A DNA stretch of 32,000 nt, taken from the NCBI RefSeq assembly GCF_000392435.1, contig NC_021219.1:900001-932000 (forward strand). Reading direction: 5' to 3'. The notes beneath the pieces were generated by a model. It was not told where the DNA came from. It searched no databases and saw only the letters and a program-made list of their open reading frames with translations. Below, in pieces: positions 25,061 to 32,000 of the stretch (the first letter of the stretch is position 1; each line of letters starts with the position of its first letter). A program made the translations under genes and the position numbers. Source of the stretch: Candidatus Saccharimonas aalborgensis. GTDB taxonomy: Bacteria; Patescibacteriota; Saccharimonadia; Saccharimonadales; Saccharimonadaceae.

Positions 25061-26514
25061 CTGCTACCGTGAGGTGTGTCGTTGATAAGAATCTTCTTTT
25101 TGGCTAATTGGTCGCGCAACCTGTCGGACGCTTGCCAGTCTTTTGCATCACGGGCACGTTGTCGTTCGATGATCAGTCGCTTAGCGTCGTCGTCGATATC
25201 TGGCGTAGACTGCTCAAGCTGCAGGCCGAGTAGCTCATCGATGGCTCGAATGAACTCAATTAATCCATGGTGGTGAATATCATCAAGACGACAACTATCA
25301 AGTGAACTAAAAGCTTGGTCGATAACCCGCAACGCTTCGGGCGTGTTTAGGTTGTCCTGCAGTGCTTCGCGCAGTGCTCCGCTGGCCGCTAACAGCGAGA
25401 TTGAGCCGCGCTCAGCGTCGTTTTTTTGATTGTCATCGTCAAGTCGATCGTGCGTTTGATGCCGCAATACCGCATAGGAACGCCATTTTTCGAGACGATT
25501 TTTGGCCGAAGCAAGGTTATCGAAGGTAAAGTTGCCTTCATTTTGGAATTGACCCTGTAGCACAAAAAGCCGCAGGTCCATGGCAGAGTAGCCGTTCTCT
25601 TCTAGCTGCTGCAATGTGTAGGTGTTGCCAAGGCTTTTGCTGACTTTTGTACCATCAATTTTTAGGTGATTGTTGTGCAACCAAACAGTTGCAAATCGCT
25701 GACCGCTCGCGGCTTCACTCTGAGCGATCTCATTGGTGTGATGCACTGGTATATGGTCGATGCCACCAGTATGAATATCAATTGTTGGGCCCAGGATACT
25801 CATGGCCATCGCTGAGCACTCCAGGTGCCAGCCAGGAAAGCCCATTATCTCGGCCGAGCCAGTCGGTAATTCTAACAAATCGTCTGGTGTCGGCCACTGC
25901 ATATCACGGTTTTCGCCCGCCGGAGTAAATTTCCATAGTGCGAAGTCCCAAGGCTGGCGTTTTTGGGTGTTTTGTTCTACCCGAGCGCCGGCTTTTTGCG
26001 CCGCGAGGTCGAGGTGAGCAAACTCAGCGTAGCTTGGAAACTTTGCCGTATCAAAGTAGATACCATCGGTTGTTTGGTAAGTAACACCCTTATCTTTGAG
26101 AATACGCACGAGATCGAGCTGTTGATCAATAAAATCTGTTGCTTTGACGAGATGTTCGGGAGGGAGTAGCCCAAGTTTTTCCATACCCGCCACGAAATCC
26201 TCAGCGTAAAATTCGGCAATCTCCCAGGCTGTTTTGCCTTCGCGCCGAGCACCCTTTTCAAGTTTATCCTCACCTTCGTCTGCATCGCTGACAAGATGGC
26301 CGACATCGGTAATGTTCATCACTCGCTCGACTCGGTAGCTGCTAGCAATAAGCGTACGGACCAGGATATCCCAGTAGATATAGGCAGTCCAGTTACCGAC
26401 GTGCAGATAATCATAAACTGTTGGGCCGCAGGTGTACAGCGTCACCTTTTCGCTATTTAGCGGCTCAAATACTTCGACCTGCTGTGTGCGAGTATTATGA
26501 AGTCTGAGTGTCAT
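25045..26514 (-). CDS. cysS: Cysteinyl-tRNA synthetase
   Basis: 489 aa; YTCGPTVYDYLHVGNWTAYIYWDIL (HIGH-like), GFPGWHLECSAMA, HTGGIDHIPVHHTNEIAQ, KVSKSLGN (KMSKS-like). Confidence 0.96.
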   Translation of the reverse strand: MTLRLHNTRTQQVEVFEPLNSEKVTLYTCGPTVYDYLHVGNWTAYIYWDILVRTLIASSYRVERVMNITDVGHLVSDADEGEDKLEKGARREGKTAWEIAEFYAEDFVAGMEKLGLLPPEHLVKATDFIDQQLDLVRILKDKGVTYQTTDGIYFDTAKFPSYAEFAHLDLAAQKAGARVEQNTQKRQPWDFALWKFTPAGENRDMQWPTPDDLLELPTGSAEIMGFPGWHLECSAMAMSILGPTIDIHTGGIDHIPVHHTNEIAQSEAASGQRFATVWLHNNHLKIDGTKVSKSLGNTYTLQQLEENGYSAMDLRLFVLQGQFQNEGNFTFDNLASAKNRLEKWRSYAVLRHQTHDRLDDDNQKNDAERGSISLLAASGALREALQDNLNTPEALRVIDQAFSSLDSCRLDDIHHHGLIEFIRAIDELLGLQLEQSTPDIDDDAKRLIIERQRARDAKDWQASDRLRDQLAKKKILINDTPHGSRWQWA

Positions 26515-27511
26515 GGTATTCCCTTAGCGCTTTGTCGGTTGCCGTGAGTAGCTCGTGCAGCGCGGCATCGTAGGCGTCGTGTATCTTGTAGCCAGCAGCA
26601 TAGCTATGTCCGCCGCCGCCGAAATAACCAGCGATCATATTGGCAACGGGTGTGTTGCACCGCAGCTTGCCCGTTAGTTTGCCATCGGGATAGGTTTTTA
26701 TAGCGCAGGCTACTTCGACGCCCTCGACCAGACGCATCTCGTCAAGCACGAGAACACTTGGGTTGTAGCGGTCGCTGTATTCGGCAATATCTTCCCACGG
26801 AATGTGGACGGTGGCCAGCTTGCCATCCAAATGGTACTCAATGCGTTCGATGAGTTGTGCCTTGTAGGCGAGGATATCGGCGGGTTTTTTCATATACTCA
26901 CGGCGGCGTAACTCGATCTCAGCAGGAATGGCGCCCGCCTTGACCAAATCGGCGACAGTTTGAAACGTCGCAGCAGTTGCCGACTGGGTTGTCATGCCGA
27001 GCGTGTCTGCCGCGATGGAGATATAGAGGTATTCGGCTGCTGAGGGAGTGAGCTGCCACGAGGCTTCTCTGACAAGTTCATAGATGAGTTCACCAGTCGA
27101 AGCCGCCGAGGACGACATGACGAATTCGTGGCTAAAGGAAAGATCATTGAGGCTTTCGTCCTCATCATTTTCACCATGGTGGTCGAGCACAATCACCGGA
27201 TGTGTCTCGAGATAGTGTCGCGCCCCTGGTACGGCCAGACATTTTTCGAGTAAGGCTTCGGCGGCGGTGTCAACGACGATAGCCAGGTCGGCATCAAAAG
27301 GAAACTCATTGACCACTCTATCCCAGCCTCTGATATATCGGAGGTACTTTGGCATATCGATCGCGCAGTACATCGTAACACGCTTGCCTTGTTCGCCGAG
27401 TAGTTCCTCGAGAGCAAGCGAACTACCCAAGCTATCACCATCAGGATTTTCGCCCTGGATGATGACAACTGATGCGGCATCAGAGATCTGTGAGATAGCT
27501 GTCGTGTACAT
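26495..27511 (-). CDS. DHH/DHHA1 phosphoesterase (NrnA-like)
   Basis: 338 aa; GENPDGDSLGSSLALEELL, LAIVVDTA, VIVLDHHG, GGGHSYAAGYKI. Confidence 0.9.
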   Translation of the reverse strand: MYTTAISQISDAASVVIIQGENPDGDSLGSSLALEELLGEQGKRVTMYCAIDMPKYLRYIRGWDRVVNEFPFDADLAIVVDTAAEALLEKCLAVPGARHYLETHPVIVLDHHGENDEDESLNDLSFSHEFVMSSSAASTGELIYELVREASWQLTPSAAEYLYISIAADTLGMTTQSATAATFQTVADLVKAGAIPAEIELRRREYMKKPADILAYKAQLIERIEYHLDGKLATVHIPWEDIAEYSDRYNPSVLVLDEMRLVEGVEVACAIKTYPDGKLTGKLRCNTPVANMIAGYFGGGGHSYAAGYKIHDAYDAALHELLTATDKALREYHDTQTS

Positions 27512-27531
27512 TGTTCCTATTGTAGCAAATG

Positions 27532-27560
27532 TTGTATTATTTTGTTAAGTATGATATAAT
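27532..27560 (+). promoter_or_regulatory. Promoter TTGTAT-N17-TATAAT between two minus-strand genes
   Basis: -35 at 27532-27537, -10 at 27555-27560, 17-bp spacer. Confidence 0.65.
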
Positions 27561-27639
27561 ATATATATGGCTCTCTCGACCGAGATGAGTATCGTCCTGG
27601 TGGTGAACGCCGCTAGTGTCCGAAAGGTAGGAACTCCCT

Positions 27640-27921
27640 TTGCGATTCGTCGACAGCTACAACCCCCTCTTCCATATCGCCCAGTCGCCCGACCCGACGC
27701 GGGCCGCCGCCTTCGTGGCGGAGATCAAGGCCGTGGTCGCGGCGACCGACTCCATGGTGGCCAACAACCCCCAGTCGGTCGAGGCCGCGCTGCGGCAGGC
27801 CGCAGCGGACAAGGCCGGTACCGGCGAGCAGTGGCTCGTTCGGCTGGTCGGCAGCAGTGCCGAGCTGTTCGCCGCGGAGATGGAGGTGATGCGCCCCGAC
27901 GCGCGCTCGCTGGCCGCCTGA
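27640..27921 (+). CDS. Fragment or small ORF of actinobacterial character (93 aa from TTG)
   Basis: MRFVDSYNPLFHIAQSPDPTRAAAFVAEIKAVVAATDSMVANNPQSVEAALRQAAADKAG...ARSLAA*; strong GC3 bias, followed by a hairpin. Confidence 0.4.
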   Translation: MRFVDSYNPLFHIAQSPDPTRAAAFVAEIKAVVAATDSMVANNPQSVEAALRQAAADKAGTGEQWLVRLVGSSAELFAAEMEVMRPDARSLAA

Positions 27922-27933
27922 GTTCGGGCACTG

Positions 27934-27974
27934 GCCAGGGGTGGCAGCGGCGATCTGCTGCAGCCACCCCTGGC
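27934..27974. terminator. 12-bp perfect GC-rich hairpin downstream of the GC-rich ORF
   Basis: GCCAGGGGTGGC (27934-27945) / GCCACCCCTGGC (27963-27974), no T tract, consistent with a high-GC terminator. Confidence 0.6.
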
Positions 27975-28040
27975 ACGTCCGACGTTCCTACCTCATTTCC
28001 AGATAGCTTGAGTGAGGCATTCGAGCCCTCTGGAGATGAA

Positions 28041-28658
28041 TTACAAGACGCGTCTGCCTTCAAGTGCGTGGCTGAGGGTGATTTGGTCGGCATACTCGAG
28101 GTCGACACCGACAGGAATGCCGCGGGCGAGCCGCGTTAGTTTGGTATCTAGTTTTGCCTCTTGGATTTGCCGCTGAATAAAGAGTGCAGTTGACTCACCT
28201 TCAACGCTGGCATTGGTGGCTATGATAACCTCTTCAACGCTATCAATTTTGATACGCTTGAGGAGCTCGGGGATATGCAGTTGCTCGGGGCCAACGCCAT
28301 CAATCGGTGAAATTGCGCCTCCTAGGACATGGTAGGTCCCCTTGAATTGTCCTGTCCGCTCTAGGGCAACGATATCGAGCGGTTCCTCGACGACTGCGAT
28401 GAGTCTTTTGTTGCGTTCTCGTCCGTCGTAGAGTGGCGATACTTCTTGGTTCGCGTCGATAAGAGCAAACGTTACTGGACATGTCTTGACGCCGCTGTGA
28501 AGTGTTGCAATGGATGTTGCCAGACTATCGGCTGTCCGCGTGTCGGCACGAAGCAAGAAATAGGCGTACCGCTCGGCGGTACGGGCACCCACTCCAGGGA
28601 GCCGTCCGAGTTCATCGATAACACGCAGCAGCGCCTCGGGCAATAGTTGCGCGCTCAT
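28041..28658 (-). CDS. recR: Recombination mediator protein RecR
   Basis: 205 aa; LPGVGARTAERYAYFLL, TYHVLGGAISPIDGVGPEQL, TNASVEGESTALFI. Confidence 0.95.
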   Translation of the reverse strand: MSAQLLPEALLRVIDELGRLPGVGARTAERYAYFLLRADTRTADSLATSIATLHSGVKTCPVTFALIDANQEVSPLYDGRERNKRLIAVVEEPLDIVALERTGQFKGTYHVLGGAISPIDGVGPEQLHIPELLKRIKIDSVEEVIIATNASVEGESTALFIQRQIQEAKLDTKLTRLARGIPVGVDLEYADQITLSHALEGRRVL

Positions 28659-28663
28659 GCGGG

Positions 28664-28963
28664 TTACAGACCGAGATTTCCGAGGCCACCCATGAGTGGT
28701 TTCATGCGTTCAGCAGCAACTTCTTGAGCTTTTGCCATACCATCGCGAATAGCAATTTCGATCCAGTGCTCGAGTTCGCTGATATCGTCGAGATCAACGT
28801 ATGCTGGATCAATCTTGACGCTTTTTACTTTGAGCTCACCCGTAATTTGTACGACGACTGCTCCATCACCTGCCTCTACTTCGATAATTTCTTTGGCTAG
28901 GTCTTTTTGGGCTTTGCGTAAATCGTTGAGCATCTTTACTTGGTTAAATGCCATAGTTCTCAT
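28664..28963 (-). CDS. YbaB/EbfC-family nucleoid-associated protein
   Basis: 99 aa; MLNDLRKAQKDLAKEIIEVEAGDGAVVVQITGELKVKSVKIDPAYVD; paired with recR. Confidence 0.88.
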   Translation of the reverse strand: MRTMAFNQVKMLNDLRKAQKDLAKEIIEVEAGDGAVVVQITGELKVKSVKIDPAYVDLDDISELEHWIEIAIRDGMAKAQEVAAERMKPLMGGLGNLGL

Positions 28964-28996
28964 TCCTCCCCGTGGATTAACATGTCTTAGTATACG

Positions 28997-30466
28997 TTAT
29001 TTTGAAGGTGTTTGATAGATATAGAAGCGGTTGCCGTCGGTCGCTCGCGAGTTGGTGACGATTTCTTTTAGTTCGGTGCGAGGTGGTATATGAGTACGAG
29101 CGTCGTGTGCAACGATGACTATTTGATTTGAGGCAGTAAATGAGCGGTCAACGCTAAAACGCTTATCATAGTGCGCTACCAAGGTATAAAATGCAGCCTC
29201 AGACGGGCCAGCATACAGTATCGTGTTGGAGCTGGTTGACTTGAGATTGGTAAGTTGCCGTTGGAGCAGCGTCAGATCTTTTGAATAGAACGACAATATG
29301 CTTGAGTTGTACTGATAGTTTCCGATATAGCGCAGCACGCTCAATGACATGATACCGATGATAACAATTGTCAGCGGTATAAGTCCCGCAACTCTGGCGT
29401 AGGGATTACGCGGAAAGAGCTTGTACCAGTCAGAGATGAGAGTGGCGATGCCGAGTGACATCAACAGCGCAGCGAGAGGAAATGTTTCGGTAACGCGTTC
29501 GGGGTTGAGGATGATGAGCGGAATGAGTAGCGCGCCCCACACCATCGTGATGTAGCTTCGCGCCGTATATTTGTAGGTAATCAGTTTGTAAAGTCCGATA
29601 CCAGCGAGCAGCACGATACTAAGCGAATAGAGTGGTCGAACCAGTGCGCCCGTTGACTGCGAGGCGAAGCCGGAGATATCTGTACCGACTTGCGTTGTAT
29701 TGCGCCAGAAATCGATCGAGTGATCTGGTATGCCCAGTAAGGTGCGAGCAACGCCCGGGTCGAGGATAGAAGCATAGATAAGAGGAGTAATAGCGATACA
29801 ACCGAGAACGATCGCAAGAATAAATCGAAGACGTGAAAACCGCTTGATAATATGGCGGATATGCGGATGAAAGAGCGACGTGGTCAGGATGGCTAATACC
29901 AAATAGCTGCCGAGCGGTAAGTAAAGTGCAGTACCGATGAGTACAAGTGTGATGACTTTCCAGAGTGTTCCAAAGAGTTTTTGGCGCGTGACATAGGTGG
30001 CTGCAAACAATAACCAGACGGCGACAAATGTGTGCATGATTCCTGGAGTGCCGTCTTGTACCAAAAAGAGAAACTGTGTCGAGGTAACAGCGATGATCGT
30101 CCCAAACACGGCGACATTTCGGCGGAACCAGGTGCTTAGCAGTAAAAAGAGGCCCAATACCGTTCCAACACCGAGGATCAGCGAGGGCAGTTTGATCGTA
30201 AAGGTCGACACACCAAAGATATTGAAGATGACGCGTTGCAATACATGATATGGAAGATCGATAACCATCGACGGAGACAGAGACTTGATAGAGAGCGAGC
30301 CGCTCTGAACACTCGAGGTAAGTTCGGCTTCACGCAGTTCACCAGGTACATAAAAGCTTGCGATGAACAGTACAACTCCGACGCAGACGATCAAGAAACC
30401 GTAGCTGACAATATATCGCCAGCGGTAAATCAAAAAATCGGTGACGCGAACTCGCATAGATATCAC
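28997..30466 (-). CDS. Membrane glycosyltransferase-like protein (PMT/ArnT-like)
   Basis: 489-aa multi-TM ORF; early acidic loop and ...YHVLQRVIFNIFGVSTFTIKLPSLILGVGTVLGLFLL typical of GT-C enzymes. Confidence 0.6.
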   Translation of the reverse strand: MISMRVRVTDFLIYRWRYIVSYGFLIVCVGVVLFIASFYVPGELREAELTSSVQSGSLSIKSLSPSMVIDLPYHVLQRVIFNIFGVSTFTIKLPSLILGVGTVLGLFLLLSTWFRRNVAVFGTIIAVTSTQFLFLVQDGTPGIMHTFVAVWLLFAATYVTRQKLFGTLWKVITLVLIGTALYLPLGSYLVLAILTTSLFHPHIRHIIKRFSRLRFILAIVLGCIAITPLIYASILDPGVARTLLGIPDHSIDFWRNTTQVGTDISGFASQSTGALVRPLYSLSIVLLAGIGLYKLITYKYTARSYITMVWGALLIPLIILNPERVTETFPLAALLMSLGIATLISDWYKLFPRNPYARVAGLIPLTIVIIGIMSLSVLRYIGNYQYNSSILSFYSKDLTLLQRQLTNLKSTSSNTILYAGPSEAAFYTLVAHYDKRFSVDRSFTASNQIVIVAHDARTHIPPRTELKEIVTNSRATDGNRFYIYQTPSK

Positions 30467-30501
30467 CAGTATATCACGAATACCAAATGGGCTTAAGCGG
30501 C

Positions 30502-31851
30502 TTAGTCCCGACGTTTGTCGAGTGACATAAAGCGTAGCCGCTCAGGGTGGAAGTAGAGCTGGATCTTACCGACAGGTCCGTTTCGATGTTTGGCGATAAT
30601 CAGATCGGTGATATTTTGGACGTCGACATTGTCCGGCTCATAATACCCAGGACGATAAATAAATGACACGATGTCGGCATCTTGCTCGATAGAACCAGAC
30701 TCGCGCAGGTCGCTAAGCTGCGGAATGGGCGGATTGCGACTTTCGACCGAACGGCTCAACTGGCTAATTGCAATGAGCGGGACATTGAGCTCACGAGCAA
30801 TGAGCTTGAGCCCACGGCTGATTTCGCTCACCTCTTGAACACGGTTACCAGCATAGTTGCCATTTGTCTGCATCAACTGCAAATAGTCGACGATGATGAG
30901 CCCGAGGGGCTGATCGTGCGCGGCGCGGCGAGCTTTGGTGCGCATCTCGAGCACCGAAAGTCCGGGCGTATCATCGATAAAAATCGGTGCTTCCGCCATC
31001 TCCCCCATCGCTTCGCTGATTTTGCTAAAATCTTCGTCGCTCAGGTTGCCGGTACGAATATTCCAGCTATCAACCCCACTAGCGTCGGCGAGCATACGGT
31101 CGATGAGCTGCTCTTTACTCATCTCGAGACTAAAGAAAAGTACCGGAAGCTTTGCAATGGTCGCCACATTATAGGCAAGATTGGTGACCAATGTCGTTTT
31201 TCCCATAGCTGGTCGAGCGGCAATAATAACGAGATCACTGCGTTGCAACCCGGCTGTCATGTTGTCGAGATCACGATAGCCGGTGCGAATGCCGCGAAGC
31301 TGACCTTTGTTGCGGTGAAGCTCTTCGATACGGTCAAAACTTTCGGTCAAAATACTCTCGATACTCACCAGGTCTTGCTTGAGTGATTGATCGCTGACGC
31401 TAAATAACTCAGCTTCGGCTTTTTCGAGCAGTTCCTCAGTGGTTGTCTCTTCATCATAGCCAAGTTCGGAAATATCGGCACTGGCTTTTATGAGGCGTCG
31501 ACGGACGGCTTTTTGGGCGACGAGTTCGGCGTAGGCGGCGGCGTGTGCAGCAGTTGGGACGTAGTTTGTGAGTTCAGAAAGATAGGCAGAGCCGCCAACT
31601 GCTTCGAGCTGGTCTTTTTTGCGTAGTTCCTCGGTGAGTGTCAGTAGGTCAACGGGTTTGTGCCGTTCATAGAGTCGCATCATCGCGCCAAAAATGGTGG
31701 CGTGACGCTTGTCATAGAAATCCTTTGGGGTAACGTGCTCAGAAATATCGGCCAGAACTTCTTCATCAATCAAGACTGCGCCAATCAAACTCATCTCCGC
31801 ATCGAGATTTTGCGGGGGGACTTTTCCAGCACTGACCTCTTTTTTAGCCAT
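30502..31851 (-). CDS. dnaB: Replicative DNA helicase
   Basis: 449 aa; PPQNLDAEMSLIGAVLID, IIAARPAMGKTTLVTNLAYN, FFSLEMSKEQLIDRML, DYLQLM. Confidence 0.97.
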   Translation of the reverse strand: MAKKEVSAGKVPPQNLDAEMSLIGAVLIDEEVLADISEHVTPKDFYDKRHATIFGAMMRLYERHKPVDLLTLTEELRKKDQLEAVGGSAYLSELTNYVPTAAHAAAYAELVAQKAVRRRLIKASADISELGYDEETTTEELLEKAEAELFSVSDQSLKQDLVSIESILTESFDRIEELHRNKGQLRGIRTGYRDLDNMTAGLQRSDLVIIAARPAMGKTTLVTNLAYNVATIAKLPVLFFSLEMSKEQLIDRMLADASGVDSWNIRTGNLSDEDFSKISEAMGEMAEAPIFIDDTPGLSVLEMRTKARRAAHDQPLGLIIVDYLQLMQTNGNYAGNRVQEVSEISRGLKLIARELNVPLIAISQLSRSVESRNPPIPQLSDLRESGSIEQDADIVSFIYRPGYYEPDNVDVQNITDLIIAKHRNGPVGKIQLYFHPERLRFMSLDKRRD

Positions 31852-32000
31852 CGACTGATACCTCTTCTCCTCCCCCCATCATAGCAACAATAGCTGCGGT
31901 CTGGCCATCTTTGGGGGGTTTTGCGTTGGGGCTAATGACAATGTCGTGATCAGAAAGCTTCATTTGTTCGAGGATTTCCGCAAAAACCGGCAGTGATTTT
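31844..32000 (-). CDS. 3' end of an unidentified gene overlapping the dnaB start by 8 nt
   Basis: Minus strand reads ...SLPVFAEILEQMKLSDHDIVISPNAKPPKDGQTAAIVAMMGGGEEVSVDG* with stop at 31844-31846; 5' end off the window. Confidence 0.55.
   Translation of the reverse strand, partial: KSLPVFAEILEQMKLSDHDIVISPNAKPPKDGQTAAIVAMMGGGEEVSVDG

Larger units (their letters stand above)
27625..27993. other. GC-rich actinobacterial-like segment bounded by a 10-bp inverted repeat (AGGTAGGAAC / GTTCCTACCT)
   Basis: Perfect 10-bp IR at 27625-27634 and 27984-27993; interior is strikingly G+C-rich with codon usage unlike the flanks. Confidence 0.7.

Noticed and set aside
27561-27660. SRP RNA or RNase P RNA candidate downstream of the 27532 promoter
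   Set aside because: GTCCGAAAGG superficially resembles the SRP GGUCCGGAAGGAAGCAGCC core, but the AGCAG side of the loop is absent, and no RNase P conserved regions were found.
27725-28108. 127-aa minus-strand ORF spanning the GC-rich island
   Set aside because: Arg/Pro/Ala-rich, crosses the compositional boundary and a hairpin; likely spurious.
30682-31386. 234-aa plus-strand ORF antisense to dnaB
   Set aside because: Entirely contained within dnaB and composed of its antisense translation; no independent support.
1-32000. CRISPR arrays, rRNA genes, additional tRNAs
   Set aside because: None could be recognised by eye: no regularly spaced direct repeats, and only tRNA-Gln had a complete cloverleaf. 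A tRNAscan/Infernal run would be needed to exclude weaker RNA genes.

Overview
The window looks like a candidate phylum (Saccharibacteria/TM7-like) chromosome fragment. It carries an rRNA/tRNA uracil methyltransferase, an Nramp transporter, acetate kinase, phosphoketolase, a pilin-like protein, an Erm/KsgA-type methyltransferase, a GT4 glycosyltransferase, two tandem CPBP-like membrane proteins, a nitronate monooxygenase-like protein, a SulP transporter, an AI-2E family permease, an MFS transporter, cysS, a DHH phosphoesterase, recR, a YbaB-like protein and dnaB. The main discovery is a compact 3,180-bp mobile element (about 14354-17539) inserted exactly at the 3' CCA end of a tRNA-Gln(TTG) gene. 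It encodes a large serine recombinase and a TraB/GumN-like protein. Its unusual features can be read directly: (1) a TTGGCT direct repeat at both ends; (2) the crossover site lies inside the 3' end of the recombinase ORF, so the integrated copy reads antisense through the tRNA, while the circular form would restore a natural ending ...KSPNLAQFYNEARTYFQHKV*; (3) an inverted internal copy of the reconstructed attP and recombinase 3' end (15559-15852) divides the predicted circle into two unique arms separated by near-identical ~293-bp inverted repeats, each with the recombination core; (4) the original tRNA-Gln terminator hairpin appears to have been displaced 3.2 kb away. Other notable items are a SulP-STAS transporter with a C-terminal nucleotidyltransferase-like extension, a ~350-bp GC-rich actinobacterial-looking segment flanked by a 10-bp inverted repeat between the DHH gene and recR, and repeated leaderless-type promoters. 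No CRISPR array was seen.
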